The notes beneath the pieces are model-generated. The model saw only the letters and a list, made by a program, of their open reading frames with translations, was not told the DNA's origin and did not search any database. Position numbers and translations under genes: made by a program. A DNA stretch of 63,864 bases, counting the filler, from Aduncisulcus paluster (Eukaryota): NCBI GenBank assembly GCA_024181965.1. It is 8 parts of 8 records of this genome, joined end to end, with 100 filler letters (N's around TTAATTAATTAA, not from the genome) between each part and the next. Parts side by side here need not be neighbours in the genome. Positions count along the whole stretch, not along the records: positions 4,135 to 26,926 come from BQXS01011165.1; positions 27,027 to 35,374 come from BQXS01011166.1; 6 more parts are not named here. One strand, written 5' to 3'. Below, piece by piece: positions 24,417-35,474 of this stretch. Numbering within the stretch: the stretch's first letter is position 1; each line of letters opens with the position of its first letter.

Positions 24417-24789
24417 TCATGGGGATTAACATTTTATTCACTCTTTTTTCATTATATTTTAAATTATATAGGAAAATGTGGTTAGAGTCGGGTCACCTAC
24501 GTTCTGTTTAGATTCTGTTTAAATCACATAATATATTTATATATCTTTGGACAACTGTCGCCATAATAAATATCTTTCAAGCTTTATATTGATAAAATCA
24601 TGGAGTTTGACGATGTTAGAAAGCAAAATCGATTACTTACAGTTGAAAAGGTTTGCGATGATATTGAAAGGTGTATTTTGAAAGTAAGAAGCATGAATCC
24701 AATATTTAAGCCATAAATAATGCATAACATTTCCTTGTTAAAACAGGAGTTTCAATTCCCATCTTTCTTCGGGTACACTCATATAAAAG

Positions 24790-25499
24790 ATGTTTCGTCA
24801 GGTAGAATCAGGATTTTTATCAGTATTATATTCAATTGGGTATGTCAAAATCACATTATTAAATTGTATCCTATACTTTTTCTGTTTTTCTTATTATCTT
24901 GCGTATTTAGTGAAAAACCACTTGAGATGTGGCATCAAAAGGTAGAAAATGGGATTATTAAACGGATTGTTGATCCTGATATTGAATCACAAGTAATTGA
25001 AATTAGATCATATTCGTCGAAATTTACCGAGAATTACATTTCAGCTCCAATTAGAGGATCTCTAGGAATCAAATTACCTTTCATGGTGATGCAAGTCAAA
25101 GGTATTAGTAGCCATTTTTCCTTTGAAGTTCAGATTTTAGACGACACCCAAACAAAACGCACTTTTAGATCCTCCACAATTCATTCAAATGCAAGAATCA
25201 AACCTTTATTAACATGTCTTCCACTCAAATTGAGCGGTCTTAAAGAGAAAATAACAAGAACAACGGGCAAAGATGATGCTCTTGTTCATACTGATTGGAA
25301 TCAAATTCCGATTGATCTTGCAGTGTTAACTATGAAAGCATATGGAACAAAATATGTTGAAACTCAACGTATTAAAATTAGCGCAGATTGTCGCATCAGA
25401 CGTCTTTTCTTCTGTGAGACCGCATGTACTGACGTTCAGATACCAAAACAATTCCGTCTCGTCAAGGTTGAATCTGTTAAAGAACATTTATATATGTGA
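24790..25499 (+). CDS. CFAP20: Cilia- and flagella-associated protein 20 (BUG22) family, two exons (24790-24839, 24911-25499)
   Basis: The spliced start MFRQVESGFLSVLYSIGEKPLEMW matches the CFAP20 N-terminus. Also SLGIKLPFMVMQVK, FSFEVQILDD, WNQI, AYGTKYVET and CRIRRLFF. Intron is 71 nt, GTATGT...TAG. Confidence 0.92.
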
Positions 25500-25753
25500 T
25501 TTTAAATAATTAATATTAGATATCTATTTCATTATCCAGAACACGTTAAAGAATGAATCGATGGTTTTAGATGAATAGCTTTGATGGGAATAAGATCAAA
25601 AGTCAAATAAAAATTCAAATTTATTGCAAAATTTAATTGATTTTATCTAAATATATATTTTTAAATCAACATATATTTGAACGGATACTTCAAAAAGGAG
25701 TACCAGTTCGGAAAAATGAGAAAATATAAATAATTTGATTAACAAACTTCCTT

Positions 25754-26222
25754 CTATTTTCTATAATCTCCAAAAACATCCTCTCTAAGCATTTCTTCCT
25801 TTTCGTGCAATACCTTGATGTCTTTTTCTCTTTGTTCTTGATCAAATTCAGTATAAAATGGCTTTAGAGCAGCAATTGGAACTCTTCTCAGTCCGAGATC
25901 TTTATGTTTCTCTGCATTATATAACCCAATTACTGTTGTAGACTCTCCTTTAATTGTAATCAGCCCAATAAAACAATCTGAATAGCAATCCCCACAATAG
26001 AACCGTTCGGTACAACTTTCAAGAACAATATCATCTTAATATATTTCAAAATTAGTATTTACAAACAAATAAGCAATTGATATTAAAAAAAAATGTTATT
26101 CACATACTCTTATCATCAAAGGAACGTAACACACCAATATATACATGATTCTTATCTTTATCAGCGATAAGAACTGTTTTATCAAGATAATGCATCATAT
26201 ACACTGTTGGTTTATCGTCCAT
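25754..26222 (-). CDS. LSM1: Sm-like protein LSm1, two exons (26222-26108, 26034-25754), 131 aa
   Basis: Spliced translation YLDKTVLI...YIGVLRSFDDKNDIVLESCTERFYCGDCYSDCFIGLITIKGESTTVIG contains the Sm1 and Sm2 motifs with the LSm1-type ER...G..Y.D segment and a C-terminal helix. Intron is 73 nt, GTATGT...TACTAAT...AAG. Confidence 0.85.
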
Positions 26223-26487
26223 ATTCCCTATTGCAGCAAAACAAGATACATTCATCTGGACATTTCTGGGATGACTGTATCTTCACTTCAAAGAAATTTG
26301 AATTCAAAAAAAGTATCATATAAATAATAAAAACAATTTTAAAGCTAAATTTATTGATTATTCCATCTCAAAATTATTCCAATGTTTCCCCAAGTTCAAA
26401 CCCCAGAGCAAAAAAAAATCACCTTGGGAAACAGGCGATTTGACCTACCCAGTCGAAAAAACTCAGGTTACATGGAAAATAAGAATT

Positions 26488-26926
26488 ATGGAGCAGACGA
26501 AGTAAACACTTTTATAATATTTTATTTTTTCAATTCCATATTAATCCCAGGCCAAAATTCAAAAGATCCAAGGAGATTTGTCGACTAATTCCATCAGCCA
26601 ACAAGAAAAATATGACTGATCATAATAACGAGGTATCGGACGTAATATCTTTGTTAATTCCACTCCGATTAATCTGTGTTTGTACCGTATATCATAAAGA
26701 ACCATCGGAATCTTCATCTTATGGATCGTTCCGGACGAAACATTCCAAATGCCTAAAACTATACAATGAAATCTTAAAAGCAGACGAAGAAACGTTAACC
26801 CCCGTTCAAATAGCGATTTTGGGACGAAAAAATCCCTGGCTGATTCAATTGAGAGCAAATTTGTATTTCCTTTACGGTTTTTCCAAAGTACACTCAAAAC
26901 CTGCTTTAAACATCATCATTTCATCG
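26488..26926 (+). CDS. Hypothetical protein, 14-nt first exon plus exon 2 truncated by contig end
   Basis: ATGGAGCAGACGAA|GTAAAC...CCCAG|G (intron 26502-26550) gives MEQTKPKFKRSKEICRLIPSANKKNMTDHNNE, in frame with track ORF 26612. Confidence 0.5.
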
Positions 26927-27026
26927 NNNNNNNNNNNNNNNNNNNNNNNNNNNNNNNNNNNNNNNNNNNNTTAATTAATTAANNNNNNNNNNNNNNNNNN
27001 NNNNNNNNNNNNNNNNNNNNNNNNNN

Positions 27027-27459
27027 GGTGAAGGGTAGAATCCTTCATGATGTTGTAGTCTCCAAGAGTACGACCCTCATCAAGCTGTTTACCAGCGAAG
27101 ATAAGACGTTGTTGTTCAGGAGGGATTCCTTCCTTCTCTTGGATCTTGGCTTTGACAGAGTCGATGGAATCAGATTGGTCGACATCAAGAGTGATGGTCT
27201 TTCCAGTCAAGGTACGGACAAAGATCTGCATACCTCCACGAAGACGGAGAACAAGGTGAAGGGTAGAATCCTTCATGATGTTGTAGTCTCCAAGAGTACG
27301 ACCCTCATCAAGCTGTTTACCAGCGAAGATAAGACGTTGTTGTTCAGGAGGGATTCCTTCCTTCTCTTGGATCTTGGCTTTGACAGAGTCGATGGAATCA
27401 GATTGGTCGACATCAAGAGTGATGGTCTTTCCAGTAAGAGTACGGACGAAGATCTGCAT
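27027..27459 (-). CDS. UBI4: Polyubiquitin, partial (at least two 228-nt units)
   Basis: Head-to-tail [11 protein letters not shown]...LRLRGG units, truncated at the contig end. Confidence 0.97.
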
Positions 27460-29113
27460 TATGAAATATTTATACGAGCTTTGTTACAAAAACAAAAGAA
27501 AAAAACAGATAGAGGCATATTGATCTTATGTTTGTGAAGGATGAAGGAGGAAAAGAAAAAGGAATGAAGAGGTCATCCGATTCGAATCGGACCATCGAAT
27601 TGCAGATCTGGAATCGGTATAATCAACAAGGTATACGGAGATGAAGAATATTATTCCTAACAATACAATATTCGGAAAGAAAGGATAAAAAAGAATATAT
27701 GGTGTAACATGAATGGATTGATGCAAATCAGTGATTTGTGCTTTTTTGGTCGTGATATAGAAACTATGAACACATGGATTTCATTGAATAATCCGTAATA
27801 TTGCATTGAAATGAAGAATACGTTTTTTTTAGTTGGAGTTATATAAAGATATGATTGATAACTATTCATAATCGCTATCAAAGGATTTAATGGGGATATA
27901 TTATAGTTAAGGTCAATAATCGATCTGAATTTATTATAAAGATATTTTGGATCTTTACTTCCATCAAAAATTTGTATTATGATAAGAATCTTTTTGTGTG
28001 TCTTTTAACAAGACAAACCGTCTTAAACTTGCCGAGCTTGCATTTATAATTCGCTATTATAAGGCTAATAATAACAATATATCGATTAAGATCGTCAAGA
28101 TAATTTATTGAGATGATATAGAAGCATATATCACGAAAAAAAAAAATCACATGAAAACAGGTTCCAAACTCCAAATATCTTTCAATAAGACAAACCAAAA
28201 TAATGCAAATATTGAATATTAAAGCATTAAACTCTTATTAAAAGGCTATCTAATGGAATATATTGAAACATGCCAATCATCTTGAACCTTGAGTTATTAA
28301 TATAGAAAGTAACAAACAAGAGAATATAATATCAGATATCAAGAAATACAAATCAAATAATAGGAAAACATAAGACAAGAAATTGATGAGAAGGCTTCAA
28401 AAGCATAGAACAATTATTACATTGAACAACTAACTTCAAAAGCAAATAAAAAACAAAAAAACAAAACAAATAATAATAAATAAATAATAGTTATTTCTAA
28501 CAAAATAGGATTATAAAATATAGAACTATAAAAAACTAAATTTCTGGACCAACAAAAACTCGAGATCCATTCCGAAAAATAAAGATATGAAAAGAAGGAA
28601 TAATTATCATATAAAAATAAATTGACCCAAATAATAAAACAGAAGAAAAACCTTGGATATAATATTTAATAACAAAGAATTAGAACAAAATTCTCTCAAA
28701 AAGAGGATATAAAAACTATAAAACTAAAATAATAAGAGAGAGAGAGAGAAAACAAAATGTTAGTCAACTAAAATTTAGACTATTTCGGAATCCAATATCA
28801 ACTATTTGGAAAAAAAATAAAAAGAACAAACAATTCCGAAGAAATTAAGAAGAACATATTTTTTATAAAGGAAGAGTCAGGAAATAATAATAAAAAAAGA
28901 GATGAAAGAGAAATTCAAAACCAAAAGTTAAATTAGACAAAATAAAAAAATTAATTGAAATTTGTTTAGAAAAGGAATAAAAATATAATTTAATCTTATA
29001 AAAAAATATATTCTTCCGCTGATTTGAATAAAATGAATAAAAATAAAATGTCCGTCCATTCCTCCGATACAGTACAGTACAGTATAATTGTAGAAATGAT
29101 GATCTAAAAATAT

Positions 29114-32011
29114 TTAGACAAAAACTATTAATAGAATGATTATTCCAATAATTGCGACAAGGAAGAGAATTCCAAGTAAAATAGCCGTCTTTCGAAAGAA
29201 ATGAATTTGCCTCTCGAGAGGGACATTCATTTTATCAAAAAACCCATCTTTGTCATTCTTTGCTTTCTTCATAGAAGTTTCAGATGGGACAATTCCTGCT
29301 TCCTCAACTCTAATCCGATCTCCGCCTCCTCTCTTGTCCTTGTTCTTCGCAGAGGCTGTACTCAGATTGATCTCAGAGGTGCTATTGTTACCAGACGAGG
29401 ACCGAGACACTGACAACACAGCAGAGGAACGGGCGGAATGGTGATGAGCCAGGGAGCTCGACTCCAAGACCCTAGATTGCAGGATATGCCGTCCAATATG
29501 AGATCTAGATCTTCTGGCAGAGTGAGAATGTCCGTGGGTAGAATGAGAATGACGCCTACCATGTTTGTAAGAATGTTGAGATGAAGAGGTTGATCTGACA
29601 CTATCCCTGGATGATTGAACCTTGCAAAACAAGCGTTGAGGCGAGGAAGAGAGAGAATGAGGAAGAGAAGAATAGAACTGAGTCCTGGGATGCCTCAGAG
29701 GTGTGTCAAATAAGGAAGGAAGAGAGAAAGAGAGATTCTTGTTGTTAAACTCGGAATAAACGTCGGCATCAGACATGGTCTTAGATGCATCCACAGCAAC
29801 ATCCCGGTCGGATTCCTTGTCATGAGCATGTCCAGCTTCTTCGATCCCACTCTTGTCTTGTAATTCGAATACTTCCTCTCCCTCTTTCTGACGTGGAACA
29901 TCGTGACCAAAAGGATTGGAAGGAGATGAATTGTTCAGAGTAGACGCACTTGGGATAATGGTCTGCTGAGGTTGCTCGTCATGATTGGGAGATTGGGACA
30001 TTCGTGTATACTGTAATAGGGTTTCACGAGACGACACACTCATAAGACTGGGCTTAGAGTCCTGCTTAGATGAGTAGATCCTAGGTTCCTCTTCTTCTTC
30101 CTCCTCTTGCAACTCCTCCTCCTCGGAGGGGATAGCACTTGGATGAGGCACAACAATCCCAAACTCACTCCCAGTCCCACTTTCAGACAGCGAAGAGTCA
30201 TTCGTACTGAGGGAATCTTCACATTCATACTCATTATGGGGAGTCTTATGAGGGGTGGACTGACTGTAAGGGGATCTAGAGTCGGAATAGACCGTTGAAT
30301 ATTTCTGAAAGGCAACGATACCGGTGGTATGGTCTTGTTCGACGAAGGAATTATCATTAGAAGAGGCTTTGGATGAGATTAGTGTTGGAGACGATCGTTT
30401 TTTCTTGTTGGTGGATGGATTCCCAAGAGAAATGCTTCGTTTGAGCTTTGAGGCCTTACTACTAGAGGGATCATCAGAAGGAAGAGAACAGCAGAAGGAA
30501 TTGCTATCCTTTGAGGAAGAGAGAGCAGAGGCTGTTGAACTCTTTCGAAGAACTTGAGAACCTTTAACAGCTTGATCAGGGGAACATTTGGATGATGAGG
30601 ACCCATCTCTCCTCGAGGGGACCGTGGTAATCGTTTGAAGGAGGGAGGATGGAGTGGTTGTGCTTCTGGGACTGCCTCCAAAGCTTTCTCGGTAACTACC
30701 GAAACTATCCCGGTTACTCTCACGAAGACTACTGCTGCTCTCCGCAGTGTGGCACAGCTTCAGTGAACAAGGTGGCAATAGAACAGCCTCTTGGAGTTTG
30801 TGGTTATCGAAAACATCTTGTGTTGTTGGAAAAGTGTTACTGACGACAGGAATCTCAATGGAATCACTTTCTTTGTCAATATCTTCACGAGGAGTTCGTG
30901 TACTTGTTGATTGGCTTCTAAGGGTGAGAATGGCAGTGGAGAGCAGAGGAATTGAATCTTGGAGTTGATCGGCGGTGCCTTCACCAATAGTAGAGAAAGA
31001 TGAGAAGGGAGGTTGGGTGGACAACATGGTATTTTGACTATTCGGAGTGGCTCCAGCAATACGAAGCGATGGAATAGAGCCTTTAATCATCGGAGAGGGA
31101 GTGTGGGTGCCGGAGGATGGCATCGAACAACGAGCGGAAGTGGAAGGAGTCGAATCTCCTGATCTATCATCCCGAGGGGAGAATGGGAATCGGCTATGAC
31201 ACAGAGGAAGACGTGCAGATTGCGTATAAGCACAAGCACGGGCACTCTTAGCAGATAAAATTTGAGGATGGTGGATGTGATTTCCACTGATATCCATCGT
31301 GGCCCTTCGTTTGGGATCAAAGCGAAGACGGAGTGGAATAAACTTAGAAAATGATCCAGGATGAAAAGGCATGTGGTTTGGGTTTGCAAGATCGAGCGGA
31401 AACCCGTCATGTTTGATAGAATCAGAAGCTCCATCAACTCCGATAAGAGTAGTCTTATATTCATTGTGTGGACTTGTGGGATATGATCGAACAGATGGTC
31501 GTGGGGTATGAGATAGAGAGAGTGAACGAGAACTAGAAGAGACGACAGAAGGAGGAGGAGGAAAAACAGATCCATAAGTTTCACCAATACTTCGATCCAT
31601 ATTGGTAATACTAACATCATGAGAAGATTCAAGATACTGGGATAAATTACTGATACTGCTATCAAGCCCTTCAGAAGCAATTTTTTGATACCCATCTTCA
31701 AATTTCCGTAAAAGAGCACGAGCTCCAGCAACATCGTGGGCCGCTAAAGCTCTTCTAATGGTTTTTGCAACGTAGGCAAATTCTTTAGCAATAGAAGCCG
31801 TTGAAGTAACAGAAATAGAACTTTCAACAGAAGATAAGGATGAAAGCTGATCTGCAATTGAAGCAGCAGCTTGAAGAGTTTCTAAAGGGGAAACTAACAA
31901 TTGGGACGATTCTTCAGGCGAATGAATCCGTCTAGAGATATCAAATTTCCCATTTTTTCTATGTGATTTTATCGTCGATATGTCGGTGGCTGAAAATGAT
32001 TTTTTCAACAT
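29114..32011 (-). CDS. Ser-rich disordered protein with a C-terminal transmembrane anchor
   Basis: 965-aa ORF ending AILLGILFLVAIIGIIILLIVFV, with no signal peptide. Confidence 0.8.
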   Translation of the reverse strand: MLKKSFSATDISTIKSHRKNGKFDISRRIHSPEESSQLLVSPLETLQAAASIADQLSSLSSVESSISVTSTASIAKEFAYVAKTIRRALAAHDVAGARALLRKFEDGYQKIASEGLDSSISNLSQYLESSHDVSITNMDRSIGETYGSVFPPPPSVVSSSSRSLSLSHTPRPSVRSYPTSPHNEYKTTLIGVDGASDSIKHDGFPLDLANPNHMPFHPGSFSKFIPLRLRFDPKRRATMDISGNHIHHPQILSAKSARACAYTQSARLPLCHSRFPFSPRDDRSGDSTPSTSARCSMPSSGTHTPSPMIKGSIPSLRIAGATPNSQNTMLSTQPPFSSFSTIGEGTADQLQDSIPLLSTAILTLRSQSTSTRTPREDIDKESDSIEIPVVSNTFPTTQDVFDNHKLQEAVLLPPCSLKLCHTAESSSSLRESNRDSFGSYRESFGGSPRSTTTPSSLLQTITTVPSRRDGSSSSKCSPDQAVKGSQVLRKSSTASALSSSKDSNSFCCSLPSDDPSSSKASKLKRSISLGNPSTNKKKRSSPTLISSKASSNDNSFVEQDHTTGIVAFQKYSTVYSDSRSPYSQSTPHKTPHNEYECEDSLSTNDSSLSESGTGSEFGIVVPHPSAIPSEEEELQEEEEEEEPRIYSSKQDSKPSLMSVSSRETLLQYTRMSQSPNHDEQPQQTIIPSASTLNNSSPSNPFGHDVPRQKEGEEVFELQDKSGIEEAGHAHDKESDRDVAVDASKTMSDADVYSEFNNKNLSFSLPSLFDTPLRHPRTQFYSSLPHSLSSSPQRLFCKVQSSRDSVRSTSSSQHSYKHGRRHSHSTHGHSHSARRSRSHIGRHILQSRVLESSSLAHHHSARSSAVLSVSRSSSGNNSTSEINLSTASAKNKDKRGGGDRIRVEEAGIVPSETSMKKAKNDKDGFFDKMNVPLERQIHFFRKTAILLGILFLVAIIGIIILLIVFV

Positions 32012-32229
32012 ATGTTCAATTTAACTGATTTTATGTTGTCCCGATTTCCTTTTTTCTTCACGGGAATCGACTTTGCAAGGAAAAGAGAAAGAAAAACGAA
32101 GACAGTTTATATATCATAAAAATAATGAAAAGTAAAACAAGTTTTGATATAGAGAGACCGTAAAAATTTTATTTTCCTTTAAAATAATGAAAGAGAGACG
32201 ATCAAGGAGACCGATGATGAGAATTGAAT

Positions 32230-32587
32230 AAATAGGTGACGAAAAATTGTCAGAAATTAATGAATATCCAACATAATTTATAAATTAATTATTTTCTTCT
32301 GAAATTATACCTTCTTGTCAAAATTCCATCCAAAATTTTCCATCGAGCGTAATAACACTCTTATTGGAATAGAACCTCCGCAAACATAGATAATAATANN
32401 NNNNNNNNNNNNNNNNNNAAATAGGTGACGAAAAATTGTCAGAAATTAATGAATATCCAACATAATTTATAAATTAATTATTTTCTTCTGAAATTATACC
32501 TTCTTGTCAAAATTCCATCCAAAATTTTCCATCGAGCGTAATAACACTCTTATTGGAATAGAACCTCCGCAAACATAGATAATAATA
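32230..32587. repeat. Overlap duplication flanking a 20-N gap (assembly artefact)
   Basis: 32230-32398 matches 32419-32587. Confidence 0.9.
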
Positions 32588-35374
32588 CTATATAAATGTC
32601 GGAATGGTTGTAATCTGGAGTTATATGGAGAATTTGCCGAAGCAGTATGAGAGACTATTTTGGAGAGGTCTTGAAACAGAAAAGCCGGAGGTCTTGAGGG
32701 AAATAAAGAGACAGCGTACCAAAAATCAACAATTTGTTTCATAGGAGTTAATTTACCTGCCCGATCTTGTTGAACGAACTTCTCTTTATCAATCTCGACA
32801 ACATCTTCACCCTCATCAGAACAAGATATTTCCCTAATATCATCTCCTTCATCATTTGATTTAATAATTGATGCATCGCTATCATGTAAAACGGAAGATT
32901 TTAATGCATTTTCTTCAGAAATCTTTTCAGAAGAACTATGCTCAGTTTCAGAAGGATCTATCACTGGGGCCTGATTATAGATCAAGGAAGGGAATAACAC
33001 CCCACATGTGCTCATATATATCTGGAGTTGTCTGACATCTGCAAACATCCAATCAACATCACTATGAAGCCCACTATCAGGATCTCGAATACCACCTTGA
33101 GGAATACCACCCAGGGAAGAACCACCTGAAATATCCATATTCAAATGCCATTGGAAAGGAAAGAGAGCCACAGACAATGTTTGATCCATTCTTCTTGAAG
33201 CGATTGTTGATAATTGACCTCCTTCAGGGAGACATTCCCATTTTCCAAATCCTGGAGGGGGATTAATGGTACCAGTACATACAGCCGAAGGGTCTAATGA
33301 AGTCGCAGAAGCCAGACCTTTTGAAGGAGCTACAGTGCATTTCTTGTCTTCATCCTTATCAGAAGATGGCTGGGAAGAGGAAGAAGAGGTATTGTGTTCA
33401 ATATATTGACTCATTTGTTTTCCACCTTCGTGGATTCGAACAGAACGCCATATTTTCCTCAAAGAAGTGCCAGGAGCCTCTGGGAATGATCTCCTATTTG
33501 ACATGGCCTGTTTGCGAACAATGGAAATATCGAAGGAGGAAGAATGAGAGGAAGAAGAGGACTCTTCTTCGTCTACTGCCCCTATCTTCTCTTTGAGTGT
33601 TTTCTTGTCCTGCCGAGAACTATTGTTCCCGAATATAATGTCCAATTCAGAACAATAAACAGAATGAAATGGGTTGATTTCTCTTGAGAAACTATCTAGA
33701 GCAGCAACTAATTCGGATGTGGGTATTGATGTTGACAGAAAGAATAGCTGGTCTTTCTCCCTTCTCTCTTCCTTCATAAACGATAAGAGACTGAACAACG
33801 CACCAATCTTTCCATTATACACGTCAATACGACTACGATCACCTTGATCAGGGTTGAGTTCTCTTTCTTCTCTTTTTTGTATTATTTGTGAAGTATTTCC
33901 ACACGCTTCCTCCTCTTCTTCTTCTTCCTCCAAATCAACCAATGAAGACATCATCCTATGCTTTCGCTTTGGAAGAGAACTTTCTTTTGGGATAGAGGAT
34001 ACAAGGTGATCGGGATCTTTGTTTCTTGTCCTCTTCTTTCCTTTCTCATTTCGCTTCCGCATGCCCTTTGTCATGTTTTTATCATCTTTCTTGATCTTCC
34101 TCCCACTCTCTCCAAGCCCATCCACACATGAAGAAGGAGGAATTGATACTCTGGCCACTTTCCATCCTTCACATAATGCCCCGACTGCACAAGTACTTCC
34201 CTCAGTGACCCAGCCTTGCACAAATCCCATGAAACACTTATGAAGGGAGTCAATGCAGAATGAACGACTGATTGTGTGCAAGACTTGCTCTCGAAGCAAA
34301 CAAATATGGAGAGTGGAAGCAAGGGAATTGAATAAGGATAACCAAGGAGATATAACGGGGGGGATCAATGACCTTCTCAGAGAACTTTCTTGACTGCTCC
34401 GAATAAACTCCAAAAATAGAGGTCTTCGAATAGAAATAGCGAAATGAAGCGAATGAATAACGTAAGAACGAGTTTGTGGAGGTGCACATGAAATACCTAC
34501 AAAAAAGGGAAATAGTATTGACATGGATGAGATTGGCATTATTGGAAGATGTTTTAAGATATCACTCGTTTCAAGGATATAATCGCCAATCTTAGAAGTA
34601 GCAATTATACCTCCTTCCTCAAACGAAGGAGAGCTCTGTGCTCCTGTCTTGATGGCTCTTCCTGTAGAACGAGAGTGAAATGATTCAAGACAGGTGCATT
34701 GAGGGTGTCTGCAATGGGCAGATATATAGTATCTTATTGACAATAGCGAGCACAAGAGTAGTCTCATCTTGGTCGCATCAATGGACACTGACACATGAGA
34801 CTTGACAGTGTGCTTGGAAGTATCATTCTTATTCTCATGCTCCTCCTCTTTCTCCTCTGCACATGGAGCACAAGAATGATCGACAGAAGCTGGATATATT
34901 TCATCTTCTTCATATACATCCCTCTGGAGGATGTGAGTGAGGATAATATTGGAATAGAAAGGAATGGACGAGCAATGGATGAGCATGGCCACACAGACAG
35001 GGGGCATGAATGGGCATATACTTCGAATGGAACTACTTAGGGATATGAAATGCCAGTTGCGGTCGAAGATCTGCATCAATGACTCACACTTGGAGAGCTC
35101 AATGGTTCTAGGAGGGAATGAAAAGGGGTCGGGGTATGATTTCTTTGATGTTTTCTTTGTCTCATTCTCATCCCAACTCCAGAAAGTGTCTTCTTCATCT
35201 TCATCTTCCTCCTCCTCCTCTTCTTCGTCTTCATCTTTCTCTTCCTCATCACTATTTTTTTCACAGACACCAATTTCTTCTTCTTTTCCTTTGGTAGTTG
35301 GATCATTCCCCGTTGTTCCGGCATTCTTTGGAATTGATCCGTCCATTGAATTCATTCTAAGGAGTTCAGATATA
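32494..35374 (-). CDS. Hypothetical protein, probably 5'-truncated
   Basis: Frame of more than 950 codons, open back to the contig edge. Acidic insertions, no recognised domain. Confidence 0.75.
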
Positions 35375-35474
35375 NNNNNNNNNNNNNNNNNNNNNNNNNN
35401 NNNNNNNNNNNNNNNNNNTTAATTAATTAANNNNNNNNNNNNNNNNNNNNNNNNNNNNNNNNNNNNNNNNNNNN

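Noticed and set aside
26382-26620. Apparent frameshift between track ORFs 26382 and 26612
   Set aside because: A start at 26488 plus the 49-nt intron gives a continuous frame without recoding.
28250-29100. Long A-rich skewed tract
   Set aside because: Low-complexity intergenic or 3' UTR sequence of the minus-strand gene, with no structure or ORF.
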